Shown here: in pieces, positions 19,621 through 30,191 of the stretch
How the letters are laid out: each line of letters opens with the position of its first letter
Numbering within the stretch: position 1 is the first letter of the stretch
From: an uncultured bacterium
GTDB taxonomy: Bacteria; Patescibacteriota; Minisyncoccia; Moranbacterales; UBA2206
Direction: 5' to 3'
DNA length: 64,000 nt
Assembly: GCA_903831805.1 (NCBI GenBank)
Contig: CAIKZD010000007.1
Coordinates: forward strand, 7,886-71,885
Notes under the pieces: model-generated
Told to the model about the DNA's origin: nothing
The model's input: only the letters and a program-made list of their open reading frames with translations
Database searches by the model: none
Position numbers and translations under genes: made by a program

Positions 19621-20277
19621 CGGAACGCGAGTGAAGAGTGTGGTGACTGCGTGCTTTTTGTAGAACGATCCAGCGAGTTAGTTTTGTGTCGTCCGGCTAA
19701 GCGACTTTGTCGCGGAGCCACAGTGAAAGCGAGCTTTAACCGGCGAACAACGATGGCACGAACTAGACCCGAAGCCAGGTGAGCTATTTATGAGCAGGGT
19801 GAATTTGCTGTAACAGGCAAAGGAGGCCCGAACCCACGCACCGTGCAACATGCGGGGATGACTTGTGAATAGAGGAGAAATTCCAATCGAACTTGGCGAT
19901 AGCTGGTTCTTCCCGAAATAGCTTGAGGGCTAGCGTTGGGACAACTATGTTTTGGAGGTAGAGCTACTGAATGAGGATTCGCGGTTCGCCGTAGGGTTCT
20001 CAACCAAACTCCGAATTCCAAAACAATTATCCCAGCAGTCAGAACTCCGGGGCTAAGCTCGGAGCTCAAAAGGGAAAAAGCCCATGACCGCCGTCTAAGG
20101 TCCCAAAATCTATGTTAAGTGGGAAAGGAGGTGAAGTTTCTTATACATCTAGGAGGTTGGCTCAGAAGCAGCCATCCTTTAAAGAGTGCGTAACAGCTCA
20201 CTAGTCTAGAGACTTTGCGCCGAAAATTCAACGGGGCTCAAACATAGTACCGAAGACGCGGATGCCGTACATAGTAC

Positions 20278-20402
20278 AGAATGTCAAAATCCCAATGCCA
20301 AATGTCAAATAAATTCCAAAATCCAAATGACAAAAATTCCAAATTAATTTGAAATTTAGTCATTTGACATTTATTTGAAATTTGAGCTTTGAAATTTGAA
20401 AT
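20278..20402 (+). other. 23S intervening sequence at the helix-45 site (imperfect long hairpin, no ORF)
   Basis: ATGTCAAAATCCCAATGCCAAATGTCAAATAAATTCC ... GTCATTTGACATTTATTTGAAATT forms an imperfect hairpin. It is homologous to the arms of the element at 8640..9120. Confidence 0.6.
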
Positions 20403-21128
20403 TCCGCACTGTGTGCGGCGTGGTAGGGAAGCGTTCCATACGCGCTGAAGCGGCATGCGTGAGCATCCGTGGAGTGTATGGAAGTGAGAATGCTGGAATT
20501 AGTAACCGCAATTGGAGTGAGAACCTCCGACACCGAAAGTCTAAGGTTTCCTGGGCAATGTCAATCATCTCAGGGTTAGTCGGTCCTAAGGCGAGGTCGA
20601 AAGGCGTAGTCGATGGACATAAGGTTAATATTCCTTAACTTCGGTATGATTCGATGGAGTGACGCATTTTAGTAGTTCTTGCCGATTATTGGATTTCGGT
20701 AGGGGTACTGAGGAAGTGAGACAGGCAAATCCGTTTCACAATATTCCAAGGTATTTCTGGAACTCGCCTCACCGGCGAGGAACAAGAATGAGCAGAGTGC
20801 CAAGAAAAGCTTCTAAGATTAGTCATATCGAAACCGTACTAAAACCGACACAGGTAGACTGGGCGAGTAGCCTAAGGTGAACGAGTGAACCTTCGTTAAG
20901 GAACTCGGCAAAACAGCGTCCGTAACTTAGGGATATGGACCGCCGACCGCAAGGTCGGCCGCAGCGAAAGATACCAAGCGACTGTTTACCAAAAACACAG
21001 GTCTCTGCAAACCCGTAAGGGGAAGTATAGGGGCTGACGCCTGACCAGTGCTGGAACGTTAACGGGAGAGGTGCAAGCCAATCCCCGAAGCGCCAGTGAA
21101 CGTCAGCGATAACTATAATCGTTCTAAG

Positions 21129-21913
21129 GTTCTGTAATTTTTTATAAAGATTACAGAAAGACTGGAACGATTATGGGGATGTAATGGTAAATAAACAGAA
21201 TAGTTAAAAAAGGAAAAATAACTGCCTAGTTGCGTAATTAATTACGTAATTGTCTTAAAACATTTAGCCGTATGCTGGGAACTCTGGTGAATCTGGAGCT
21301 ACTATGGTACAATTATTCCATAGATTATTTAATGGAAAAATATGCCAAGTAAAAAAGCTGCCAGTGCAGACAATCAGCAGGAAAGACTAAAAATGATTGG
21401 TTGGATAGTTGGTTATGTTGACGGAGAAGGATGTTTCTCGGTAAGTCTCTTTAGAAATAAAACTACAAAATTTGGGTGGCAAGTGTTTCCTGAATTTGTA
21501 GTTACGCAAGGCGAAAAAAGCAAGAAATCGCTTGAAATTTTGATAAAATTTTTCAAGTGTGGAAAAGTTTTCGTAAACAAAAGATATGACGATCATAACG
21601 AAAATGTTTATCGCTATTGTGTAAGGTCTAAAAAAGATTTAACTGAGATTATAATTCCATTCTTCAGAAATAATCAATTGAAAACGGCCAAGAAGGGAGA
21701 TTTTAAAATTTTTGCGAAAATCATTGAGATGATGAATGGAAATGTTCACTCAGAATTGAAAGGAGTAAAAAAAATTGCAAAAATGATTGAAAAAATGAAT
21801 CACAAAAAACCTTCTAAGTTTTTAGAATCCTCAGAGACTAAACGCTAGATTCGCCTTCTGGGCGAAAAATTATAGTCCGTTCTCTTGGGCGACCAAGAGT
21901 TAACACAAAAGAG
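21129..21913 (+). mobile_element. Group I intron in 23S at the position equivalent to E. coli 1917 (CTAAGGT|AGCGAAATTCC)
   Basis: The exon sequence stops at ...GTTCTAAGGT (21128) and resumes at AGCGAAATTCCTTGGCAGGTAAG (about 21914). The insert is ~785 nt and contains a homing-endonuclease ORF. Confidence 0.75.
21342..21848 (+). CDS. LAGLIDADG homing endonuclease (single-motif type)
   Basis: WIVGYVDGEGCFSV is the LAGLIDADG motif. The ORF lies inside the 23S intron. Confidence 0.85.
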   Translation: MPSKKAASADNQQERLKMIGWIVGYVDGEGCFSVSLFRNKTTKFGWQVFPEFVVTQGEKSKKSLEILIKFFKCGKVFVNKRYDDHNENVYRYCVRSKKDLTEIIIPFFRNNQLKTAKKGDFKIFAKIIEMMNGNVHSELKGVKKIAKMIEKMNHKKPSKFLESSETKR

Positions 21914-22519
21914 CGAAATTCCTTGGCAGGTAAGTTCTGTCCTGCATCAAAGGCGTAACGACTTGGTAACTGTCTTAACGAAGAGCTCGGTGAAATTGCA
22001 ATGACGGTAAAGATGCCGTCGACCTGCAGCAAGACGAAAAGACCCCGTGGAGCTTTACTACAACTTGGTATTGAATTTGAGATTATATTGCCTAGGATAG
22101 GTGGGAGACTTTGAAGCTTCGACTTCGGTCGAAGGGGAGTCAACCTTGTAATACCACCCTGTGTGATTTTAAATTCTAACCCTGGACTGTTATGAGTTTT
22201 TCTAAAACTTATGATAGAACTGGCAAAAAACAAAGTTGTGAAGTTATCAAAATCTAACAAAGTTTTTTGCGGTTCAAAATTATATCGTTTTGGTTATTCA
22301 TACCAGTCCGGGGACAGTGCCTGGTGGGTAGTTTGACTGGGGCGGTCTCCTCCTAAATGGCAACGGAGGAGTTTACAAAGGTCGGTTAGGTCCGGATGGA
22401 AATCGGATCGATAGTGCAAACGCATAAACCGGCTTTACTGCGAGACACATAAGTCAATCAGTCACGAAAGTGGAAGTTAGTGAACCGACTATCGCTTATA
22501 GGAGCGTAGAAGATCATCA

Positions 22520-22552
<33 letters not shown>

Positions 22553-22578
22553 CCTCCCAAGAGTTCACATCGACGGAG

Positions 22579-22638
<60 letters not shown>

Positions 22639-23342
22639 TGGCTGTTCGCCAATTAAAGCGGTACGCGAGCTGGGTTCAAACCGTCGTGAGACAGGTTGGT
22701 CTCCTATCTGCTGTAGGCGTTATTGCTTGAGAGGACTCTTTCCTAGTACGAGAGGACCGGAAAGAACGAACCTCTGGTGTACCAGCTGTTCCGCCAGGAG
22801 CATTGCTGGGTAGCTACGTTCGGACGGGATAACCGCTGAAAGCATATAAGCGGGAAGCCCACCTCAAGATTAGGCAATTCTTGATGCTTGCATCAAGATG
22901 ATTTCCTGGGAGATGACCAGGTTGATAGGTCTCAGGTCTAAGTGGAGTGATCCATTAAGCCGAGAGATACTAATAAATTAAACATTATCTCTCTTAAGTT
23001 TCGATTAGCGAATTGCCGCGAATGTTAACGCGAGTGTTTGCAAATTTATTTGCAATCTATTCGTTTTCTCATTCGCGAAACATTCGTGAGTCTGTTAGCA
23101 GTTAACAGTTTCTAAAAAAAACTGAAAAGCAATTTAACAAACTATCTCATATCAAGCGTTTTTAAGCGATTAAAGACGTTGCCATTTTTGTCTATGAGAA
23201 AATTAAAAAACAGTTTCAAGTTCATTTTGACAATTTTTACCCTCACGACTTTGACCCTGATTTTCTTTTTGTTTTTTTCTCCCATGATTAAAACTTTTTA
23301 GGATAATCAAAAATCAAATAACGTTAAAGATTTGAATGCAAA

Positions 23343-23461
23343 GTTCCCAGTGTTTCTAGCGGCGAGGAAACACCCGATCCCATTCCGAACTCGGAAGTTA
23401 AGCTTGCCAGCCCCGATGGTATCTGTCCTTGTGGCAGGAAGAGTAGGACAATGCTGGGAAC
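23343..23461 (+). rRNA. rrf: 5S rRNA
   Basis: Helix I pairs GTTCCCAG with CTGGGAAC. Internal CCGAACTCGGAAGTTAAGC and GATGGTA...GAGTAGG are 5S-like. It lies ~350 nt after the 23S 3' end. Confidence 0.8.
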
Positions 23462-23564
23462 TATGCATTTAAACTTTGAAGAAAACTGGAAAGCGTGCCT
23501 CTTAGGGTAGGCTTTTTTGTTTCGGCAAGGGGCTCGTTCATGGGAGATTAATAATGAACACGGG

Positions 23565-23614
23565 ATTCCTAAGGTCCGACCTTTGGATATCCAAAGGTCG
23601 GACCTTAGGAATCA
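23565..23614. repeat. Perfect 50-nt palindrome, family A variant
   Basis: GATTCCTAAGGTCCGACCTTTGGAT|ATCCAAAGGTCGGACCTTAGGAATC, exact reverse-complement arms. Confidence 0.8.
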
Positions 23615-23849
23615 GCTCTGCCTTTTTTGTGGATAATTTTGAATTAAAATGCTTTAAATCAGGCATTTTCGTCTCTTTACAAAAAGTTGATTCGGGTGTA
23701 TAATACTGGGTCGGTGTAAATTGTCCTTTAAAAACCCAATTTTGCAATTTGCCACAGCAGAAAGGATTTTTTTGAAGAATTCTTTCTGCTGTGGCGAAAC
23801 CGATTGGCCAAGTCCAACAGCGACAATCTATTTTATAGAGAGGTGTGCG

Positions 23850-24908
23850 ATGAAAAAAGTTGCGAGCCGACCAATAGAGGGAATAATTGAGTTTGTAAAA
23901 CAAATGGGAACAGTCCACGAGGCTGAGCGCATGATTATTGAGGCAGGGGGAATGAGTATATTCCAGTGGGCAATTACCGATCCGAACTTCCGTTATGATC
24001 TGGTGGCATTTGCCAATGACTATGTCCCAAGTGCGCTTAACTATGCAGCTCTACTCAAATGGTTTCAAGACAACAAGCTGGAAAGGTTTCTTTCCACCGG
24101 CAGTCTTGAAAAAAACATCAAGGAGCAGGAAATTTTTTATCAGAGATTTTATGGTAAAAGTTTCCGCATCGACCGCAAAAAGATTTTTGTCGATGCCTGG
24201 AGATTGCCAGCTATCAAGGTTGGACTGAAGGCGGGCAGTATAAACATCGCTTTGCTCAAAGCTACTCCGGAAATCCAGTCTGAGGTGGAAATACAAATGA
24301 CAGAAGTGGAATTTTTCTTCGATCGGATAATGAAACCGCTCAAAGAAAATAGCTTCAGAATCTGGGCGGAAGAGGGAGTTGACCGCTGGACCAACTTGAA
24401 ACTGGCAGAGTTTTTGCGCCGCTGCAGTCCGACGGAGCCGGAAGATTTTGATGCCGAAGCTTTCAAAAAAGATTGGGCGAAAGAAATAATTCGCATAATC
24501 AAAAAGAAAAGAGTGTTGCCGAATGTGACGACGGGCGCACTGGAAATAATTTTCACCAGCAACTTGGTGAATATCCCCAGTGACCAAATCATCGTCAATA
24601 AAAACGGCGAAATAGTTACTCCGGATGACCGCTCCTATGTTTCGGCCATAGCCAAAAACGTGAGAGTGCTTTCCAATGCAGAAGGGATTATTCTGGCGAG
24701 CCAGCTTTTCGCCAAGGATGGAACCTATCTGGCTCCCAATACTTGGGAATGGAGACGGGACTTGGTTGAGCATCAAGATAAAAAAACCAGCCCCTTTGCT
24801 TCAGTCGCGATCGTCGATTCTGGTGGCCACGAGTTCGGGCTCAGCTCCGCTGTGCTGACTGCTCCGATGGCGGCGGCCGTTTGCGTCTTGCCCTATAATT
24901 TCGGGTAG
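23850..24908 (+). CDS. DGR2 target protein with a C-terminal variable region
   Basis: The ORF track opens at 23721. I place the start at the internal Met MKKVASRPIEG (23850), which follows GAGAGG. The last ~36 codons are VR2. Confidence 0.6.
   Translation: MKKVASRPIEGIIEFVKQMGTVHEAERMIIEAGGMSIFQWAITDPNFRYDLVAFANDYVPSALNYAALLKWFQDNKLERFLSTGSLEKNIKEQEIFYQRFYGKSFRIDRKKIFVDAWRLPAIKVGLKAGSINIALLKATPEIQSEVEIQMTEVEFFFDRIMKPLKENSFRIWAEEGVDRWTNLKLAEFLRRCSPTEPEDFDAEAFKKDWAKEIIRIIKKKRVLPNVTTGALEIIFTSNLVNIPSDQIIVNKNGEIVTPDDRSYVSAIAKNVRVLSNAEGIILASQLFAKDGTYLAPNTWEWRRDLVEHQDKKTSPFASVAIVDSGGHEFGLSSAVLTAPMAAAVCVLPYNFG
24797..24906 (+). repeat. DGR2 variable repeat (VR2)
   Basis: Aligns with 25224..25333. 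About 20 substitutions, all at template adenines (VR mostly G), plus one 1-nt indel. Confidence 0.8.
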
Positions 24909-24974
24909 ATGCCGAAGGCGAGGATTTTGGATCTGTTTCCGCGAAGCGGAACAGGGAGTTTGGATAAAAAATTT

Positions 24975-25018
24975 CCAGATTTCAGCCCACGATGTAAATC
25001 ATCGTGGGCTTTTTTTAT
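24975..25018 (+). terminator. Rho-independent terminator after the DGR2 target gene
   Basis: CAGCCCACGATG-taaat-CATCGTGGGCTTTTTTTATT. Confidence 0.7.
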
Positions 25019-25223
25019 TGCAAAAAAATATGCTAAAATAAGCTTGAGCTCAGAGAGTGTTCGTACGCGACACTTTCCTCGTAACAAAACCCGAAGTTCA
25101 GCGCGTTTCCAGGGACGGAGAATAATGAAATTTATGCTAGCGTCCAAACAGAGGCTAAGATAATTGGCTATGAAAAGCGGAGCAATCTTCTTTTTGAAAT
25201 TATGGATGGAAACGGTGCTATAA

Positions 25224-25333
25224 TGCTTCAGTCGCAATCGTCAATTCTGATGACCACGAGTTCAAGCTCAACTCCAACAATGCTGACAACTCCAATGACA
25301 ACAACCGTTTGCGTCTTGCCCTAACACTTCGGG
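25224..25333 (+). repeat. DGR2 template repeat (TR2)
   Basis: Adenine-rich non-coding copy of VR2 (AAC/AAT-rich). Confidence 0.8.
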
Positions 25334-25716
25334 CCTTTTGTCTTTTTGAGCCAACCACCGATTTCTCTCCCGATGGAAACGATAGTTTCCAATTGGGAAG
25401 AATACCACCCAGTGGAAATGAATTTTTTGTCCACGGCCAGCCGCAGAGATTTTTTGAATAAATCAAAATTGGCGCTGGCCAGTGGCAGATAGATCTGGTT
25501 ATGAAGTGAAATCAGGGCAGCTTTATGCGTTTCGTTCAAAAAAAGCAAGATTTCTTTTCCCAAAAAATTTCTATCCATCTTGGGGAAATTTTGCACGCGA
25601 TCATAACAATTTCCGTATAATTTTTCTAATTCAGCAAATAATTTGGGCTGATTATTTTTATGAACGATATTCGTGGTAACGACTTCGCTGGGGGGGGGTC
25701 TTAGCGGGAATGCCAT
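25321..25716 (-). CDS. avd: Avd-like four-helix-bundle protein, paralog 2
   Basis: Same architecture as the 242..640 protein, including the C-terminal GREIGGWLKK versus QVGGWENWAK. It lies between TR2 and RT2. The start is probably an internal Met. Confidence 0.6.
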   Translation of the reverse strand: MAFPLRPPPSEVVTTNIVHKNNQPKLFAELEKLYGNCYDRVQNFPKMDRNFLGKEILLFLNETHKAALISLHNQIYLPLASANFDLFKKSLRLAVDKKFISTGWYSSQLETIVSIGREIGGWLKKTKGPKC

Positions 25717-26731
25717 TTGTCATAATGATATTTTTGAAAAAATTATTTCTTTAGAAAATTTGTTTTCAGCTTGGCAAGAATTTAGCAGGGGAAAGATGAA
25801 AAAGAAGGATGTCTTGGAATTTAAAATAAAATTGGAAGAAAATATTTTCCATCTCCATCAAACACTTAAAAACAAAACCTACCAGCATTCCCATTATACC
25901 GCATTTAACGTATATGACCCAAAACTGAGAAAAATTCATAAGGCCACGGTCATGGATAGAGTTTTGCATCATGCGATTTTTAGGATTTTATATCCACTTT
26001 TTGATCCAAGCTTTATTTGGGACTCCTATTCTTGCAGGATGGGAAAGGGTAGTCACCGAGCAGTCAAAAAATTGGAAAAATTCACAAGAAAAGCAAGTCA
26101 AAATAACAAAAGAAATATCTTTGCTTTGAAATGCGATATAAGAAAGTTTTTTGACTCTATTAACCAAGAAATTTTGCTGGAAATAATCCGAAGAAAAATA
26201 CAAGACAGAGATGCTTTATGGCTGATTGAAAAAATAATCCAAAGTTTCCCGGCAGGTTTGCCGCTGGGAAACGTCACCAGCCAAATTTTTGCCAACATCT
26301 ATTTGAATGAGCTGGATCAATTCGTGAAACATAATCTCAAAGAAAAATATTACCTGCGTTATTGCGATGATTTTATAATCTTGGGCGAAAGTGAAGAATG
26401 GCTGAAAAATATAATTCCAAAGATTGCTTGCTTCTTGCAGGAAAATCTACAGATCACGCTTCACCCGAATAAAATCAGTATCAGAAAATTCAGTCAAGGG
26501 ATAGATTTTTTGGGCTATGTGGTTTTGCCGCATCATAGAGTTTTGCGAACCAAGACCAAAAAAAGAATGATGAAAAAAATATCCCTGAAACAGAAAATGT
26601 ACCAGGAGGGTTTGGTTTCTGAGGAATCGCTCAATCAAAGCGTGCAATCGTATTTGGGAGTGCTGGAGCATTGTGAGGGGTGTGGGGTGGCGAGGGAGAT
26701 GGAAAGGACAATCGACAAGGCTAATGGATAA
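25673..26731 (+). CDS. DGR reverse transcriptase, paralog 2
   Basis: LGNVTSQIFANIYLNELD (SQ motif) and YYLRYCDDF (YxDD). ~55% identical to RT1 by eye. GTG start in the ORF track. A G9 homopolymer lies at 25689..25698. Confidence 0.85.
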   Translation: MVTTSLGGGLSGNAICHNDIFEKIISLENLFSAWQEFSRGKMKKKDVLEFKIKLEENIFHLHQTLKNKTYQHSHYTAFNVYDPKLRKIHKATVMDRVLHHAIFRILYPLFDPSFIWDSYSCRMGKGSHRAVKKLEKFTRKASQNNKRNIFALKCDIRKFFDSINQEILLEIIRRKIQDRDALWLIEKIIQSFPAGLPLGNVTSQIFANIYLNELDQFVKHNLKEKYYLRYCDDFIILGESEEWLKNIIPKIACFLQENLQITLHPNKISIRKFSQGIDFLGYVVLPHHRVLRTKTKKRMMKKISLKQKMYQEGLVSEESLNQSVQSYLGVLEHCEGCGVAREMERTIDKANG

Positions 26732-26880
26732 AATACGGCAGAGTCCTCTTTTTTCACTTCGCTGGCGCGCGTTCAAAAAGAGAGACTCCGCCAAGGGGAG
26801 TGCCGCGGCTCTGTAGGTATATTGCGTAAAAAATCATTGAGTGATAAGATAACAGTATTAAAAACAAAAAACTAAAATAG

Positions 26881-27555
26881 ATGCGGCAGGCCGAATTCGC
26901 TAATGGGGAATATTATCACATCTACAATCGTGGCGTGGATAAGCGCGAGGTGTTTTTGGATGAGGCGGATTATATTAGATTCTTGACCAGTATGCGTGAA
27001 TTCAATAGCATTTTAGATAGGGAAGAAAGACTAAGAAAATTGGAAAAGGAAAAATCGGAGTCCAACTCCGATTCGGAGTTGGACTCCGATTTTTCCGCCT
27101 CCACAGAACAAAAGTTGGTTGAAATTATTTGTTATTGCTTGAATCCGAATCATTACCATTTTATACTGAGGCAATTGCAGAAAAATGGCATCAGTAGATT
27201 TATGCAGAAAGTTGGAACTGGCTATACAAACTATTTTAATAAAAAACAAAATCGTTCCGGTGCACTCTTCCAAGGAAAATTCAAATCCATCCATATCGAC
27301 TCTAATGACTATCTGCTCTATCTGTCAGCCTACGTGAACGCTAATAATTTCATTCATGGATTTAATGAGAAGTTGGAAGATTGGGCATACTCAAGTTATC
27401 TGGACTATGCCGGACAGCGGGCAGGAAAGCTTTCCAAGAAAGAGGTTATATTGGGTCAATTTGATAATAATTTTTCGCAATATGCAAAATATATCAAAGA
27501 TAATGCGCTATACCTGAAGGAAAAAAAGGAAATGGCGAGCTATATTTTGGAATGA
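26881..27555 (+). CDS. REP-associated tyrosine transposase-like protein (IS200/IS605 Y1 HUH family), paralog 2
   Basis: YHIYNRG...YCLNPNHYHFIL...SGALFQGKFKSIHI...AYSSYLDY. ~70% identical to the 2441..3118 protein outside the variable loop. Confidence 0.65.
   Translation: MRQAEFANGEYYHIYNRGVDKREVFLDEADYIRFLTSMREFNSILDREERLRKLEKEKSESNSDSELDSDFSASTEQKLVEIICYCLNPNHYHFILRQLQKNGISRFMQKVGTGYTNYFNKKQNRSGALFQGKFKSIHIDSNDYLLYLSAYVNANNFIHGFNEKLEDWAYSSYLDYAGQRAGKLSKKEVILGQFDNNFSQYAKYIKDNALYLKEKKEMASYILE
27054..27090. repeat. Perfect 37-nt palindrome inside the RAYT2 CDS, related to family B
   Basis: ATCGGAGTCCAACTCCGA-t-TCGGAGTTGGACTCCGAT. It encodes the SESNSDSELDSDF segment, at the same protein position as the family-A palindrome in RAYT1. 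Confidence 0.8.
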
Positions 27556-27671
27556 GTTGGAAACTGTCTATAGCTAGGTAGGCTTTTTTGTTTTTAGGGG
27601 ATGTGCTAAAATAGCTCTATGAGATTTTATTCGTCGAATTTATTTTAAACTAATCATCTAATTTTAGCCCC

Positions 27672-28493
27672 ATGGATAAAGCGCAACGCAAAAAAATAAT
27701 CATCAGTTCCGTTTATTTGGCCATGCTCCTCCTCATTATCTGGGGGTTCTATGCCAAATTCCGCCATGTGCCGACTTGCGAAGACAGAATCAAAAATCAG
27801 AATGAAGAAGGGGTGGATTGTGGGGGAGTCTGTCAAAAAAGCTGCGGGATTGTCGCTCAGGAATTGATTGTGGGCAAGATGGGAGCGGTGCCATCCGGGA
27901 TCGCGGGTAAATATGATTTTTATGTGCAAATCACCAATCCGAATGCGACTTTTGGGGATAAAAATTTTTCTTACAAACTTAATTTCAAGGATGCCGGCGG
28001 GTCTGTCATTGCGGCGCGCCAAGGTTCAAGCTATATTTTGCCGGGTGAGCGGAAATATATCATTGAAAGCAACTTAGATGCGCCAAGTGCGCCGGCGTCT
28101 TTTGATCTCAATATCACCAACTCTGATTGGGTGGAATTTAATGATTATTATGAAAAGCCGGATTTGCAAATTGTGAATAAGAACTATAGCGAAGTTTCCG
28201 GCGGCGTCGGTTTTTCCGAAGCCTCGGGCCTCCTCAAAAACAAGAGCGCCTTTGATTTCGACCTGATCAAGGTGGAAATAATCTTGAAAGATAATGATGG
28301 AAACGTTTTGGCGTTGAACTCGACGCAGATGAAGACAGTGGCGGCGGATGAGCAACGCGATTTTCGGATTTCTTGGCCCAATAGCTTTCCGGGCACCGTG
28401 GGCAATATGGAAACGCAAGTGGAAGTTAACATCTTCAACTCAGACACCTTTCTGAAGCGGTTTTATAAGACCGAAAAATTCCAACAATACTAA
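27672..28493 (+). CDS. Hypothetical membrane-anchored protein
   Basis: ORF track. N-terminal TM segment VYLAMLLLIIWGFYAKF. Confidence 0.5.
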   Translation: MDKAQRKKIIISSVYLAMLLLIIWGFYAKFRHVPTCEDRIKNQNEEGVDCGGVCQKSCGIVAQELIVGKMGAVPSGIAGKYDFYVQITNPNATFGDKNFSYKLNFKDAGGSVIAARQGSSYILPGERKYIIESNLDAPSAPASFDLNITNSDWVEFNDYYEKPDLQIVNKNYSEVSGGVGFSEASGLLKNKSAFDFDLIKVEIILKDNDGNVLALNSTQMKTVAADEQRDFRISWPNSFPGTVGNMETQVEVNIFNSDTFLKRFYKTEKFQQY

Positions 28494-28505
28494 AATTAAC
28501 GTGGG

Positions 28506-29612
28506 ATGAATAAGCTTTTCAAATTGGATTGGATTTTGATAATCGCCGTAGCCTTACTCCTGACCATTGGCCTCCTTGTGATCTATAGCATTTCTTTCAA
28601 TGGTTCCGTGCTTAATGCGGCTAACTTGGAGCGGCAGATTATCTCTATCGCCATCGGTTTTGCGCTGATGTTTTTTCTGGCGTTTTCCGATTATCGTAAG
28701 CTGAATGATTATAGCACGAAGCTCTATTTCTTAATGCTTTTGATGTTGGCTGTAGTTTTGGTGGCGGGCAAAACCGTGAAGGGCCACACTGGTTGGCTGG
28801 GTTTTTCCTCCTTCAGTGTTCAACCGGTTGAGTTGGCAAAACTGATCATCATCATTTTTCTGGCCAGTTTCCTCAGTCAAAAAAGGACCCAGCTTAGCAT
28901 CGTGGTGCGCATTGTGGCTTCCATAGTGTTGATTTTTTTGCCAGTCTTTCTCATTTTGAAACAACCCGATTTGGGTTCAACGGTCATCATCTTGGCTTCC
29001 TGGGGCGCGCTCCTAGCCACGTCCGGTATCAGCAAAAAAAATCTGGCCCTGCTGGCCGTCATTGGTGCGGTGGTGCTGTCACCGGGTTGGTTCCTTATGA
29101 AAAATTACCAAAAAGATCGGATTGTAAATTTTATCGATCCCTATCGCGATCCGACGGGTAGCGGCTACAATGTCATCCAGTCTACGATTGCGGTGGGGAG
29201 CGGCCAAATGTTTGGCAAAGGCTTGGGGCACGGTTCGCAATCACAGCTTAACTTTTTGCCGGAAAAACACACGGACTTTATTTTTTCCGTCATTGCCGAA
29301 GAGCTGGGTTTTTTCGGGGCCGCCGCCGTGTTTGTGCTTTTTGGGATTATTTTTTGGCGGCTAGTAGAAGCGGCGCGCGCCTCACGAGACAACTTCGGTT
29401 ATCTTTTCGTGATTGGCACGATGGCGGTGATTTTTTTCCAGCTTTTAGTGAATGTCGGCATGAACATCGGCGTGATGCCGGTAGCCGGCGTGCCTTTGCC
29501 GCTCTTGAGCTATGGCGGCAGTTCTATGGTCACTACTTTGGCTGCTATCGGCATTGCGCAAAGCGTCTATTTGCGTAGAAAAAAATCCAATTCTTTAGAT
29601 AATCTGAATTAA
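28506..29612 (+). CDS. ftsW: SEDS-family peptidoglycan glycosyltransferase (FtsW/RodA)
   Basis: Polytopic membrane protein with ...QPVELAKLIIIIFLASFLS..., GSGYNVIQSTIAVGSGQMFGKGLG and PEKHTDFIFSVIAEELGF. Confidence 0.8.
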   Translation: MNKLFKLDWILIIAVALLLTIGLLVIYSISFNGSVLNAANLERQIISIAIGFALMFFLAFSDYRKLNDYSTKLYFLMLLMLAVVLVAGKTVKGHTGWLGFSSFSVQPVELAKLIIIIFLASFLSQKRTQLSIVVRIVASIVLIFLPVFLILKQPDLGSTVIILASWGALLATSGISKKNLALLAVIGAVVLSPGWFLMKNYQKDRIVNFIDPYRDPTGSGYNVIQSTIAVGSGQMFGKGLGHGSQSQLNFLPEKHTDFIFSVIAEELGFFGAAAVFVLFGIIFWRLVEAARASRDNFGYLFVIGTMAVIFFQLLVNVGMNIGVMPVAGVPLPLLSYGGSSMVTTLAAIGIAQSVYLRRKKSNSLDNLN

Positions 29613-29633
29613 TATTTTTAAAAAAACATACCT

Positions 29634-30035
29634 ATGTTTCGAGAATTCAAAAAATTTCTTTTGCGCGGCAACGTGGTGGACCTGGCGGTTGGAGTAGCGG
29701 TCGGAGCTGCTTTCGGTGCGGTAGTGACGGCTTTAGTGAGTGATTTTTTGACGCCGCTCATTGCGGCGGTGGTCAGGGTGCCTGATTTTTCCAATATGGT
29801 ATTCACGCTGAACGGCAGTCAATTCCGCTATGGTCATTTCATCAATTCCCTGGTTTCATTTTTCCTGGTGGCGTTCGCTTTGTTTTTCTTTGTGGTGAAA
29901 CCGATGAACATTCTGATTACCCGTTCCAAAAAAGGTCAGCCCATTGACCCGACCACGAAAAAATGCAAAGAATGTTTGAGTGAAATTCCGATCAAGGCGA
30001 AACGTTGTGCTCATTGCGGACATATCGCCGATTGA
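29634..30035 (+). CDS. mscL: Large-conductance mechanosensitive channel MscL with a C-terminal CxxC...CxxC tail
   Basis: FKKFLLRGNVVDLAVGVAVGAAFGAVVTALVSDFLTPLI matches MscL. Tail is KKCKECLSEIPIKAKRCAHCGH. Confidence 0.8.
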   Translation: MFREFKKFLLRGNVVDLAVGVAVGAAFGAVVTALVSDFLTPLIAAVVRVPDFSNMVFTLNGSQFRYGHFINSLVSFFLVAFALFFFVVKPMNILITRSKKGQPIDPTTKKCKECLSEIPIKAKRCAHCGHIAD

Positions 30036-30074
30036 TTTTTTTTGGTGTTGCTATTGGATTTTTAAACCAAGCCA

Positions 30075-30112
30075 GACAGGCGGCGAGCTATTGATGCTCG
30101 CCTGTTTTTATT
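30075..30112 (+). terminator. Intrinsic terminator after mscL
   Basis: GACAGGCGGCGAGC-tattgat-GCTCGCCTGTTTTTATTT. Confidence 0.6.
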
Positions 30113-30191
30113 TCTGAAAGCTTGTTTTACAGAAATTGTATTAGTGGATAAGCTTTTTATTTTAGAAAATTCAGAAAGGAGGTGTAATATT

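Noticed and set aside
24051-24776. 241-aa minus-strand ORF antisense to the DGR2 target gene
   Set aside because: It fully overlaps a well-supported plus-strand gene that carries the VR. It has no start context and no recognisable domain.
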